The notes under the pieces are model-generated. The model worked only from the letters and a program-made list of their open reading frames with translations. It did no database searches and was not told the DNA's origin. From a virus: a stretch of 64,000 nucleotides of DNA. A program made the translations under genes and the position numbers. Below, piece after piece: positions 18,192 through 27,571 of this stretch. Numbering within the stretch: the stretch's first letter is position 1; every line of letters starts with the position of its first letter. Where the stretch lies: the IMG/VR virus record IMGVR_UViG_3300045988_131126; one strand, written 5' to 3'.

Positions 18192-19019
18192 ATGGCAGAA
18201 GTAAGAGAAATGGTAGAAAATCCACAAGTTACAGCTGACGATATACAGAAGAACTATGAAAGAGTTTTGAAACTTATGAAAGAAGTTGCTGGTCCATTCA
18301 TTGATGAAAACTATAGATATATGAATGGTTTAGGAAGTACAGGTTGGAACTCAACCTGTACTAATAAAGTAATCGAAACTATTTTAAAGAAGTGGGGAAT
18401 AGATGAAGATATTTATTCCATCACCGGAGAAGAGAAAGATACTACTTTTATTAGTGGTCTTATCCTTATCGAAGACTTATTAAAGAATTTCTCTGTAAAT
18501 GAAATTCTTTTAATGTTTTACAGAACTTTTGATCTTCTGTCATATGACGATCTTATGTCTGATTATTCCGAAGAAATACAGGAGCAATTATACTCTGAAT
18601 TATCTAATAAACTTAGAAGGTTCATTATGGGTATGATGAATAAGTTTAATATAGATAAAAGTATATTAAAACTTCTTCCTGATTTTCATAATGCTAGATA
18701 TACATCAGAAGATCAGGTGCGTATCTTGTGGTTTAATCATTGTACTCATATTAACGTAATGGTCAGATACGGTCATCTTTATTCAGAAGAATTTACAGAT
18801 TATCTTATTGATCATATGGTTAAAAAGATGAAAAGTGTAAAAACTGATAGAGAAAGAAACGATATTCTGTTGATGATACATACGTTAATGGAAAGTCGAA
18901 GATTTATGCCTATAAGTGAAATGTTTAAAAAGAAACATGCGGAAATTATTGATAAAGCTGAAAAGAGAGTAATTTCTAATTGCTATTCTTTAAAAGAAAT
19001 TTTTAACGATTATATTTAA
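18192..19019 (+). CDS. Hypothetical protein (275 aa)
   Basis: ORF track. GAGGAGG SD. Confidence 0.75.
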   Translation: MAEVREMVENPQVTADDIQKNYERVLKLMKEVAGPFIDENYRYMNGLGSTGWNSTCTNKVIETILKKWGIDEDIYSITGEEKDTTFISGLILIEDLLKNFSVNEILLMFYRTFDLLSYDDLMSDYSEEIQEQLYSELSNKLRRFIMGMMNKFNIDKSILKLLPDFHNARYTSEDQVRILWFNHCTHINVMVRYGHLYSEEFTDYLIDHMVKKMKSVKTDRERNDILLMIHTLMESRRFMPISEMFKKKHAEIIDKAEKRVISNCYSLKEIFNDYI

Positions 19020-19038
19020 TACTAAGGAGAAAATGATT

Positions 19039-19272
19039 ATGGATACAAAAGAACTAGACAGAATCTATATAGAATTACAGAAAAGATGTGATTCAAGAAG
19101 GATTACAAAAGAACAGATCGACAATATTACAAAAAGATTCAATAAAGCTTATGATAGCTATATCGAATTTAGAAAGATATCATATATGACACCGGTTTAT
19201 ACAAACGAACTCAAAGCTATGTGTACAAACTTTTCTTCATTAAGAAGAAAAGCATTAGAGATGGTTATATAG
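19039..19272 (+). CDS. Hypothetical small protein
   Basis: ORF-track frame 19033..19272. The second ATG (19039) has better spacing to the AAGGAGA SD. Confidence 0.65.
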   Translation: MDTKELDRIYIELQKRCDSRRITKEQIDNITKRFNKAYDSYIEFRKISYMTPVYTNELKAMCTNFSSLRRKALEMVI

Positions 19273-19284
19273 GAGGGATGTGAT

Positions 19285-19557
19285 ATGAGAAAACTAGATT
19301 ATTTACGTAATAAATTAAAAACTGTAAAAACGGTTTATGATATAGATCCAAAACCGTTTTTGAAACCGAACGATTATGATATCTATCTAGCTCCTTTGAT
19401 AGATATCAACACCCATCTTAATATTGGTATTGTTATTCAGCATTACAAAATATATGATGACGGATCCGGACAGGGTAGTTATATTGATGAAGCTGAGAAG
19501 TATCTTCTAGACTTTCCAGACCGACTCAAAAAAGATAATCCGTGGTTTTGGCGTTGA
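19285..19557 (+). CDS. Hypothetical small protein; its N-terminus is paralogous to the 50867-51130 product
   Basis: ORF track. AGGAGGG SD. MRKLDYLRNKLKTVKT compared with MRRLDTMRNILKKAKT. Confidence 0.7.
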   Translation: MRKLDYLRNKLKTVKTVYDIDPKPFLKPNDYDIYLAPLIDINTHLNIGIVIQHYKIYDDGSGQGSYIDEAEKYLLDFPDRLKKDNPWFWR

Positions 19558-19562
19558 AAAGA

Positions 19563-19606
19563 AACCAGCAGAGAATATTCTCTGCTGGTTTTATCTTTTA
19601 TTTTTT
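19563..19606 (+). terminator. Intrinsic terminator after 19285-19557
   Basis: aaccagcagaga / tctctgctggtt followed by a T-rich run. CTACGATAC follows at 19607-19615. Confidence 0.75.
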
Positions 19607-19618
19607 CTACGATACCGA

Positions 19619-20392
19619 TTAAATAGTAAACATGATCGGTTGATTTTTATTAGAAGCACTTACATAAGAGTCTTTAATATAATTTAATATTTCTTCACGT
19701 TTACCAGCTTCTGTTTCAAGATCTTGCAATTTAAGATCTACATTAGCGTATACGGTTTCCATACCATCAAAATACTTAAGATTCTTATATAAGAAGTTTG
19801 CTACATCCGCTTGTGCAAGTGCTTCAAATGTTTCCATTTGAGTTGCACTAATAGTAGTTAAGCTAGGATTATGCTCTACGAATATATATATTGGATAAGC
19901 ATTAATTCTAGTACTTATATTTCCACCACCAGCACTCATTAATCTAACTCTATTAGGCGGTTCAAAGTCTACATATATACTATTATTATATAATGATAAT
20001 GAATCTGCTCTCATTTGAAGCATAAGGATATCATCTGTATTATAATAACCATTGGCTACATCGTACATACCATATCCACTTACAACATTTTGAGCCACCC
20101 CGTTACCATTAAATTTTTCCCAGTCTATATCTTTTACACCTAATATTTTATTATCTCCAATAATATCTTCATCTAAATAATACCATCCATTCTTATATGG
20201 GGTTACTCCTTGATGAAGTATATATCGTACTTGATGAGGATAATATCTAGAGAAAGTAACAAGTGTATCCTTTATTATAATATCAGCCCATTTATCCTTT
20301 CCTAAATAGTCAGGAAGGTTCAATTGTTGGGTCCCTAATCTCCATTCTATTTTTTCTAATAAAAGGGTCATATTATTAGAATATCCATTCAT
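19619..20392 (-). CDS. Hypothetical protein (257 aa), possibly structural
   Basis: ORF track. AAGGGG SD. Confidence 0.7.
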   Translation of the reverse strand: MNGYSNNMTLLLEKIEWRLGTQQLNLPDYLGKDKWADIIIKDTLVTFSRYYPHQVRYILHQGVTPYKNGWYYLDEDIIGDNKILGVKDIDWEKFNGNGVAQNVVSGYGMYDVANGYYNTDDILMLQMRADSLSLYNNSIYVDFEPPNRVRLMSAGGGNISTRINAYPIYIFVEHNPSLTTISATQMETFEALAQADVANFLYKNLKYFDGMETVYANVDLKLQDLETEAGKREEILNYIKDSYVSASNKNQPIMFTI

Positions 20393-20412
20393 AAAACGTC
20401 ACCCCTTATTTC

Positions 20413-21069
20413 CTATTCTTCAATAAAAGATTCAGACACATACTCTCCAGTCTTTTTGTTTATTTTCTTTTTCTCTTTGTTTATTTCAAGGAATATATAT
20501 CCCATAGATAGATATACTCTGTAATATGGAACAGTTGTTCCTTTTCTATTAAATATTTTTCCTTTTTTAACAAACCCTCCAAGCTCGGATAATGCTTCGT
20601 TAGCTTCTTGTACTATTTTTCTTACAACAGCTTCGCATTTTCTATATTCATCGGATTTAGTTGTTGTTGTAGAAGTGGTTAAATTGCCATTTAAATCTGT
20701 ACCTACAGTTCTCTGATAATCTTCACTTATATTGAAAGTATACAAAACCATATAATCTGCAGTTTGTTTTAAGAAGTCTGCCTTTTTATTGCCAGATTTT
20801 AATACAGCATAATCGTACTCTTTATATTTACCATTTAAAGCTTTATCGAAAACACCTTGGGCTATATTGTAAGCCTCTTCTCTAGAAACTTCTGGTTCAA
20901 CTTTTACATTTTTATATTTGAATAATTCTTGCAAAGATTCTTCTGTACAATCATAACTTACATCTTCGTCAAGCATGTCTCCGACTGTAAAAGTTTCAGG
21001 TTCATTAACCTCTTCTTTTATAGAATCGATATAATTGTTATCATCTAATAAATCACCTATATTGTTCAT
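20413..21069 (-). CDS. Hypothetical protein with repeated [IV]GD[LM]LD[DE] N-terminal motifs
   Basis: ORF-track frame 20413..21105 (TTG start). ATG 21069 (MNNIGDLLDD) is an alternative start, so the start is uncertain. Confidence 0.65.
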   Translation of the reverse strand: MNNIGDLLDDNNYIDSIKEEVNEPETFTVGDMLDEDVSYDCTEESLQELFKYKNVKVEPEVSREEAYNIAQGVFDKALNGKYKEYDYAVLKSGNKKADFLKQTADYMVLYTFNISEDYQRTVGTDLNGNLTTSTTTTKSDEYRKCEAVVRKIVQEANEALSELGGFVKKGKIFNRKGTTVPYYRVYLSMGYIFLEINKEKKKINKKTGEYVSESFIEE

Positions 21070-21105
21070 ACCAACACTCTCTTTCTGTGTATCATTATAC
21101 ACCAA

Positions 21106-21272
21106 ATCTATTATATAATCGTCCTAATCTCCATCAGTATCTAAGCTATATTCTTTTGGTAAAAGGTTTTTATTATTTATATCTTTTACTGTTTTGAAAA
21201 TTGGTTCTAATTTTTATCGGTTTCATTCAAAGATTCATCACAATTACTTTCTAATAAATCTCCTACTGTCAT
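21106..21272 (-). pseudogene. Decayed 5' gene fragment, or a recoded leader, upstream of 20413-21069
   Basis: SD plus ATG at 21272 gives MTVGDLLESNCDESLNETDKN then a stop. The -1 frame then reads KLEPIFKTVKDINNKNLLPKEYSLDTDGD, a single TAG (21126-21124), and continues in frame into the downstream ORF. Confidence 0.4.
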
Positions 21273-21283
21273 AAAAATCTCCT

Positions 21284-22150
21284 TTATAAATATTTTTTAG
21301 TACAGAAATCTATTATTTCATCTCTTACATGATCTTCTATATTAACCATTGCTATATCTCCGGTAGTTTTATTTACCAATCTTACTTGATTAGCATTTTC
21401 TGTAAGAGATATATCATTATACTCAAATTCTAATGATTCTGTAAACATTTTAAGATTAGCGGATTCCTGTTTGACGAAATCTATCACTCCTGGAGTAATA
21501 ATAGGAATAAGCAAACCAGAATCATTTTCTGTAAGATATAATCTGTTTCCATTATCGCATATTCCAGATTCTTGAATACAAGCACCTTCAGATACAATCT
21601 TTTCTGTATATGCTTTATCATGGGATGGATAAATTACTCTATCATAAGTAATTAATTTAAGACCTTTTACCTCTCCACCTCTAGCAGTCTGTTCTATTCT
21701 ACCTAAAGCGCGTAAAGACCAAGATGGAAGAAATCCATCAAGCAAATCTTGATTAAATTCTGCTCCTTTAGCATTATTAGTTCCTCTATATCTACCTTTA
21801 ACAAAATTACCTTCTGTCCATAAAGCTGTAAATATAGCAACTGTATTGTTCGGATCAATAGTTTGCTGTCTTTGTAAACTACTATCCATAGGATGACCAT
21901 TTTCTGCTCTCATATTACCAGTTTTAACTAATTCTTGTGTTCTTGAACAAGTAATCTGAGGGAATAATTCGTTATCACTATACCACCTTAAGTTTCTATT
22001 TCTCATATTAGCTTCCTGCAAAATACCTTCTGCAGTAACCTTATTAGTACCATTTCTATCTACGTCTATTTTTACGGGAAATTCCTTGTTCGTAAGACCC
22101 GTTTCAATGATTATATAACCCATATTTTTTAAAGGATTAGTACGAATCAT
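21284..22150 (-). CDS. Prohead core protease, T4 gp21-like
   Basis: By eye, QEANMRNRNLRWY, RAENGHP and LPSWSLRALG align with T4 gp21 QAEVVNRNKRLY, GELNHP and IPGVSSRGLG (the catalytic His and Ser regions). AAGGAGG SD. AACA-N6-TA upstream. Confidence 0.75.
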   Translation of the reverse strand: MIRTNPLKNMGYIIIETGLTNKEFPVKIDVDRNGTNKVTAEGILQEANMRNRNLRWYSDNELFPQITCSRTQELVKTGNMRAENGHPMDSSLQRQQTIDPNNTVAIFTALWTEGNFVKGRYRGTNNAKGAEFNQDLLDGFLPSWSLRALGRIEQTARGGEVKGLKLITYDRVIYPSHDKAYTEKIVSEGACIQESGICDNGNRLYLTENDSGLLIPIITPGVIDFVKQESANLKMFTESLEFEYNDISLTENANQVRLVNKTTGDIAMVNIEDHVRDEIIDFCTKKYL

Positions 22151-22179
22151 GACTCTAATTCCTCCTTTTAATATTCAAT

Positions 22180-22191
22180 TAATAAATTGTT
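22180..22191 (-). promoter_or_regulatory. Late-type promoter word (aacaatttatta on the minus strand)
   Basis: 30 nt upstream of the protease ATG at 22150. It is divergent with the word at 22223-22234. Confidence 0.45.
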
Positions 22192-22222
22192 TCGGATCAT
22201 AGCCTATAAATGTACCAGGGTA

Positions 22223-22234
22223 AACAATATTATA
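22223..22234 (+). promoter_or_regulatory. Late-type promoter word (aacaatattata) with the upstream ATGTACCAGGGTA element
   Basis: 30 nt upstream of ATG 22264. Confidence 0.45.
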
Positions 22235-22263
22235 ATTATTGAACTAAATGGGAGGAATAAGGT

Positions 22264-24756
22264 ATGCATAGATATATCCCAATGCAAACGGTAGTATTCA
22301 GAAAACAATCTCTGACTGGTATGAATAATTTGGTATATATGAATGAAAGCAGATTTATCAATTATGCTTTCATTGAACCGAAGAAGAACAGTCCTTACAA
22401 AGCCAAAAAAGAATATCTAAATGCTTGCGATAATTCCAAATTTTTAAATGAAACTGGAAGTATATCAAAAGTTACAAAAGTAATTAATAGTATAATGGAA
22501 TCGGGAAGCAATAGTCAAAAAGAAGAAACTATGAGATATATAAATAATAACTTGATTCCAAAATTAAACAGAGATGCTACATCTATATTTGTAAATCAGA
22601 TTAATAAAAAGTTTTTGAACGAAAATTACACTAATAGTATTAATGATACTATTAGTATTTATAAAGAATGTGATCGTGTATTAAATAATGACAAGAAATT
22701 AGCAAAGAGATTTAATTTTGATAAATTTATTCAGGAGAATTACAATAGGAAAACTCCTAAAGAATTGGTCTTCTCTTTATGTGAAATGATAGATACATAT
22801 AATATCAGTCCAAAACAAAAATATTATATAGCTTTAGAGTCTGTACAATACGCTTTATATAATTCTCCAGTAAAAATGGATAATGTGGCTAAAGATATAA
22901 CTGATTATTTTTTATTGAGGGAATCAATTATACCGGATAGTATAATGTCTGGCTATATATCTTGTGCTAAAGATAACCAATTTTTAAGCCCAGAAGAATT
23001 ATCCAAATTAAAAATAATCAAAAATGATTATAGGGATTCGTATTTAACAAAGATAAATTATATTTCATCTACATTAGATAACGAAAGAGCAAGAAATATG
23101 CTCAATAGAATTCAAAATATTAGTACGGAGGAAGATGCTTCCCAGTATATAAAAGATGTATATAATTCTATTATGAATGACGTTACATTATCAGATTCGG
23201 ATAAAACAGAATTGGAGAATTCTATATATATGATACCATTAGTATCTGGTATAGATCAATTATTTATTGACTACGAGATTAAGAAAATAGATGGAGCACT
23301 ACTGGCAACAAGAGATTTAACTGAAACTGTAAACTATATAAACGAATATTTTGAGGATACTGGAATGGTAAGTGCTCCGAATATTCGTGATACTATAGAA
23401 AGTTTCAAATGCTCACAAGATAAGACACCGAAAAGATTTGCAAGATTAATCGGTAAGTTTAATATAAACAGCGAATATGCTATTGATGTACTTATAGAAT
23501 CTTTGCCTGAATTATATCTTATAATGAGATCTATATATGTAGCGGTATATTCTAATTCTGATTTAGAATATGTAATGCAAGAATATTTGTATTTATTCGA
23601 TAGAATTGACGAATATGCTGATCAGAAGCAATATGCCGATATATATAAAGCAATATCTAAAGAGATATCATGTGTTGATAAGATATTAAACGATGGAATA
23701 CCAGACCAAGAGATATCTGAAAGATATATAGAATATAAATCTACTCTCGATAAATCTTTACAAAAAATAGATAAATTGATGAGTACCCACCACGATATTT
23801 TATCGGAAAATACAAGTTTATTTAATGATATGAGTATAGAAGAATGTGAAAGTCTAATTACTACTTTAGCTAATGGAATGGATTCAGTAAATAGATTAAA
23901 TAAAGAAGAATTGCTATCATCTATATCCGATAATATAAGATTATTTACTATAAATTCTGATAATCTTAGAAATCTTTCTAATATATTGATGATAAGCAAA
24001 TGTGTAGATAAATCTGCCTATCAAAGTTGTTTGATTCAAAGAGCTTCTAATGATGATTGTACCAAAGCTGAAAATCTTATTATTGCAAATGAATTATCTT
24101 ATCTTAAAGATTATTGCTATCCAAAAGTAGACGAGATAACCGAATGTGTAATGATAATAGAATCAGTAAAATTATTAGAAGAATGCTTTTTTGAAGATAT
24201 AGTAAATGAAGCCACAGGAAAACCAATTGGTAAAAAGAAAAAGAAGAAATTGACATTTAATGACCTTCAGATAGCCATGAAAGCATTTGGAGCTAAATTA
24301 AGACAAATAAATACTAAAGCTGCGTCTATGTGGCAAAATATAGATGCTAAAGCAGCTAATATAACCAAAGGAATGCAGAGGGCGTTGACATCAGATAGAA
24401 GAGAAGCCATTATAAAAGGATCTATTATACCATCGATGTCTTCTTGCATTAAATCTATTATAGCTATATCTGGTACAACATTAGTCGGATCATTCTTTGG
24501 CGCACCATATGTAGGAATATTAACAGCTGTAGGTATATTTGCAGTTAATAAAAAATTAAACGATAGAGAGAGACTTTTAATTTATGATGAAATAGATACA
24601 GAGTTAAAAGTTGTAGATAAAGAAATAGAGATGGCACTTCAAGATGGGGATACTAAGAAGTATAGATTTCTATTAAATTATCAGAAAAAATTAAATAGGG
24701 AAAAAACTAGAATAAAATATCACACTACACCAATAGCCAGAAAGATTCCAGTATAA
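22264..24756 (+). CDS. Hypothetical large head-module protein with C-terminal TM segments
   Basis: ORF track. GGGAGG SD. AACA-N6-TA at 22223-22234. It lies between the protease and the acidic / major-capsid genes. Confidence 0.75.
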   Translation: MHRYIPMQTVVFRKQSLTGMNNLVYMNESRFINYAFIEPKKNSPYKAKKEYLNACDNSKFLNETGSISKVTKVINSIMESGSNSQKEETMRYINNNLIPKLNRDATSIFVNQINKKFLNENYTNSINDTISIYKECDRVLNNDKKLAKRFNFDKFIQENYNRKTPKELVFSLCEMIDTYNISPKQKYYIALESVQYALYNSPVKMDNVAKDITDYFLLRESIIPDSIMSGYISCAKDNQFLSPEELSKLKIIKNDYRDSYLTKINYISSTLDNERARNMLNRIQNISTEEDASQYIKDVYNSIMNDVTLSDSDKTELENSIYMIPLVSGIDQLFIDYEIKKIDGALLATRDLTETVNYINEYFEDTGMVSAPNIRDTIESFKCSQDKTPKRFARLIGKFNINSEYAIDVLIESLPELYLIMRSIYVAVYSNSDLEYVMQEYLYLFDRIDEYADQKQYADIYKAISKEISCVDKILNDGIPDQEISERYIEYKSTLDKSLQKIDKLMSTHHDILSENTSLFNDMSIEECESLITTLANGMDSVNRLNKEELLSSISDNIRLFTINSDNLRNLSNILMISKCVDKSAYQSCLIQRASNDDCTKAENLIIANELSYLKDYCYPKVDEITECVMIIESVKLLEECFFEDIVNEATGKPIGKKKKKKLTFNDLQIAMKAFGAKLRQINTKAASMWQNIDAKAANITKGMQRALTSDRREAIIKGSIIPSMSSCIKSIIAISGTTLVGSFFGAPYVGILTAVGIFAVNKKLNDRERLLIYDEIDTELKVVDKEIEMALQDGDTKKYRFLLNYQKKLNREKTRIKYHTTPIARKIPV

Positions 24757-24772
24757 GGAGGTGTATATAAAC

Positions 24773-25705
24773 ATGGGACTTATTAGCAACTTATTTACAG
24801 AATCTGAATTTGACGATTATAGATTTATCGAAAAAGTATTAAGAGAAGCAGATAATGATGATGAAGATAACTTTGATATGCCTGACGATAATACTGACGA
24901 TAACGAAAACCAACCTGATAATACCCCAGAACCTGAAGATGGTAATGCATCAAACGATGATAATGCTGGGGATGAATCTAGCGATGAAGATAACTTCGAT
25001 ATGCCTGATGATACAACGGATCCCCAAAGTGACGAAGGCGTAGATACGCAGTCTATGGATAATCCCGACTCACAATCTACCGATACACCGGACACACAAT
25101 CGAATGATACATCGGGCGAGAGCGGAGAAGAAGATAACTTTGACTTACCAGACGATGACACTGGTGGGCAAGCTCAAGACGCTAATGGTGGGGATACAAC
25201 AGGAGATCAATCTACTGATGACGATATGTCTGGAGGAGACGATGATAACTTCGATATGGATGATAGTACTGCTGATAGCGGAGATGGAACTGCCGATGAT
25301 ATGTCTGGAGATAATGCAGGAGATATGTCAGGCGGAGAAGATCCAGATCAAGATTTAAAAGATGCAGAAAATGATATATTCAATGGATTATCAGATCAAG
25401 ATAAAGTTATCAAGATTAATGAATTAAAAGATCTATATCAAGATTTATATAATCGTATAATAACCTTATATGATAAAGTAAATGATATACCTAAAGACGA
25501 TGAATTGATTAAAGTATATAATTTTGTCATAGATAATCTTAGTGATCTTAAGCAATTTGTTTATGATTACCTTACAAATACATTTGATAATAAAACTTAT
25601 CTTGAGAATATGGTTAATTATAAAAAGTATCTTAGCACTTTGAACGTTATAAATGGTATTCTTGAAGAGATAAGAAAAGGGCTATATAAAGAGTCAGGTA
25701 ATTAG
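24773..25705 (+). CDS. Highly acidic repeat protein (4 x [DE]DNFD[ML]PDD); scaffold-like by position
   Basis: ORF-track frame 24761..25705. I moved the start to ATG 24773 (TAAGGAGG SD). It lies immediately upstream of the capsid gene. Confidence 0.7.
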   Translation: MGLISNLFTESEFDDYRFIEKVLREADNDDEDNFDMPDDNTDDNENQPDNTPEPEDGNASNDDNAGDESSDEDNFDMPDDTTDPQSDEGVDTQSMDNPDSQSTDTPDTQSNDTSGESGEEDNFDLPDDDTGGQAQDANGGDTTGDQSTDDDMSGGDDDNFDMDDSTADSGDGTADDMSGDNAGDMSGGEDPDQDLKDAENDIFNGLSDQDKVIKINELKDLYQDLYNRIITLYDKVNDIPKDDELIKVYNFVIDNLSDLKQFVYDYLTNTFDNKTYLENMVNYKKYLSTLNVINGILEEIRKGLYKESGN

Positions 25706-25715
25706 GTCTTTATAT

Positions 25716-25727
25716 AACAATTTAGTA
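25716..25727 (+). promoter_or_regulatory. Late-type promoter word (aacaatttagta) upstream of the capsid gene
   Basis: 59 nt upstream of ATG 25786. Confidence 0.45.
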
Positions 25728-25785
25728 AATATTTAAGTAAAATATTATGTTATATTTGATATAAATTTGAAAGGAGATTCCCGAA

Positions 25786-27558
25786 ATGATCGCAGGAAAT
25801 ACTACTAATACAGTCATGGGTGGTTCTTATAGTGCTGATCACGCACTTTATAACTTCTCAGAACAAGTTAAAAACTTATTTGAAGATATGGAGCAGACAT
25901 CTCAGCACAACATTCTCAGTGAGACATGTAAAGTGCTTAAAGATGATCTTGCTTCTGATCAGCTCAAGAAATTCTTCGTTGAAAATTCTTGTGATGTAAA
26001 CGAATACGTTGAAAGACCTCAGGCTCTTGAGGAACACTACAACGATATGGAACAGCTGTATGAAAACGATAAGAAAGCTCTTATGGAGAATACAGCTATG
26101 GGAACAATCAACCCTATCGTTGGTCTTACATTCCCAATGCATAAACTTATTCTTATGAATATGGTTTTTGATAAAGGTGCTATTCAGAAAATGATCGCTC
26201 CACAGCAAGCATTCACTGTTGCTATGGAAAGACGTATCATGATTGATACTGAAGGAAATGAGCTTGACCTTTACAAAGATCAGAATAAACTTACTGCAGC
26301 TATTAAGAAAACTGCAGCTGTTAAAGAGATCGAACTTCAGCTTCCTGTAACTGATGATACAGAAATTGTAAATCAGTATCTTGATGGTATGGCTGGTGTT
26401 GATCATCTTAACGTTGAAACATATGTATGTGCTGTTAAAGTACCTAACGTATATTTCGAAAAAGGTGATATTCTTCCGGATGAAAATGGATATCTTGGAG
26501 AGGGAGAAGAAGCTACAGAAGCTACAACAAAAGATGTTTGGGTTCGTACAAAAGCTAACTTCGTTCCGATCTATGATGATGACGGAAGAGGACTTACACA
26601 TAAATTCAAATTCACCCACAAAGTACTTGAGGGTTCAGAAGTAAAAATTAAAGATGACTGTGATGTACTGACAGGTTATATGAAGAAAGACCGTCTGATG
26701 ATCCAGTCTAACAAGGGTGTTGTTACAGCTGTTAAGGTATATGCAAGACTTGATACATCTTCTGCAAACCTTACTACATGCTCTGCATCCTGGAAACAGA
26801 TCACAAGCCTTGTAGAGATTCCTGAAGGTATGCCAATCAATACCACAATCTCTCCGCAGGAAGTTAAAGATATTGCAGCAATGTATAATATCAACCAGAT
26901 TACAAAAGTTCTGGATATTACAAAAACATTACTTGCAAACTATAAAGATGATGATATTAAAGAATCCCTTGATACGTCTTATCTTGGATTATCTGAGGAC
27001 GAGAAATTCTTTAATACATACGATTTTGCTCCAAGAGCATCTTACTACAGTGACCATGTAAATTGGAGACGTGATACATTCTTCGATTTCTTCGATGAAT
27101 TCGTTGAAAGAATGCTTCGTGTACTCAATGATCCGAACGTTACTGTTACTATCTTCGGTGATGCTTCCATCATCAGAAAGATTGCTCCGGTAGAATATAG
27201 CTATCAGTCTCCATCCAACATTGGACCAGTAGAACTGGATTATGTTAAGACTGTAACTACATCTCACCATAGAGTATATCAGTTCATCGCATCTGATAAG
27301 ATGAGATTCTCTAATGATCTTATTGTAATTCTCTGCCCAAGAGGAACAGATAGAATCATATACAGAATCTATGATTATCAGACATATGTATCCAATGAGA
27401 TCCGTAATGCAAATAATCCATCCCTGCCAGCTATTCATGCATTTGAAAGATACAAATTCTATGAATATCAGCCAGTTCAGGGACGTATTAAGATTAAGAA
27501 TCCTACAGGTCTTATTCCAGAAACATATGATGTTGTTCCGGTTAAACATATTGCTTAA
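25786..27558 (+). CDS. Major capsid protein, T4 gp23-like (putative)
   Basis: INPIVGLTFPMHKLILMNMVFDKGAIQKMIAPQQAFTV resembles gp23 GPAVMGMVRRAIPNLIAFDICGVQPMNSPTGQVF. C-terminal NPSLPAIHAFERYKF resembles DPKNFQPVMGFKTRYG. Biased codon usage, a late motif upstream and a strong terminator downstream. Confidence 0.7.
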   Translation: MIAGNTTNTVMGGSYSADHALYNFSEQVKNLFEDMEQTSQHNILSETCKVLKDDLASDQLKKFFVENSCDVNEYVERPQALEEHYNDMEQLYENDKKALMENTAMGTINPIVGLTFPMHKLILMNMVFDKGAIQKMIAPQQAFTVAMERRIMIDTEGNELDLYKDQNKLTAAIKKTAAVKEIELQLPVTDDTEIVNQYLDGMAGVDHLNVETYVCAVKVPNVYFEKGDILPDENGYLGEGEEATEATTKDVWVRTKANFVPIYDDDGRGLTHKFKFTHKVLEGSEVKIKDDCDVLTGYMKKDRLMIQSNKGVVTAVKVYARLDTSSANLTTCSASWKQITSLVEIPEGMPINTTISPQEVKDIAAMYNINQITKVLDITKTLLANYKDDDIKESLDTSYLGLSEDEKFFNTYDFAPRASYYSDHVNWRRDTFFDFFDEFVERMLRVLNDPNVTVTIFGDASIIRKIAPVEYSYQSPSNIGPVELDYVKTVTTSHHRVYQFIASDKMRFSNDLIVILCPRGTDRIIYRIYDYQTYVSNEIRNANNPSLPAIHAFERYKFYEYQPVQGRIKIKNPTGLIPETYDVVPVKHIA

Positions 27559-27571
27559 TCAAACAAAAAAT

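Noticed and set aside
21124-21126. Stop-codon reassignment (TAG read as an amino acid), as seen in some large gut phages. I considered this because of the in-frame TAG upstream of gene 20413-21069.
   Set aside because: TAG clearly terminates well-supported genes here (for example at 48851-48853, 58800-58802, 62995-62997 and 31442-31440). Genes are long and unfragmented under the standard code.
25876-27549. Long antisense ORFs in the ORF track. Examples: 25876-26619 (-) and 26989-27549 (-) inside the capsid gene, 31467-31904 (+), 9359-9736 (-), 39753-40166 (-), 63608-63970 (-), and many ORFs of 60-130 aa.
   Set aside because: They lie wholly inside genes that have recognisable motifs or strong SD sites. 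They lack SD sites of their own. Their translations are the I/F/L/S/N-rich strings expected from the reverse or shifted frames of AT-rich coding DNA.
25786-27558. The 590-aa abundant protein as a phage-nucleus shell protein (chimallin-like), given its size and the jumbo-phage context.
   Set aside because: By eye, the sequence lines up with T4 gp23-type capsid landmarks. It sits next to a gp21-like protease and a scaffold-like acidic protein, behind a late promoter word.
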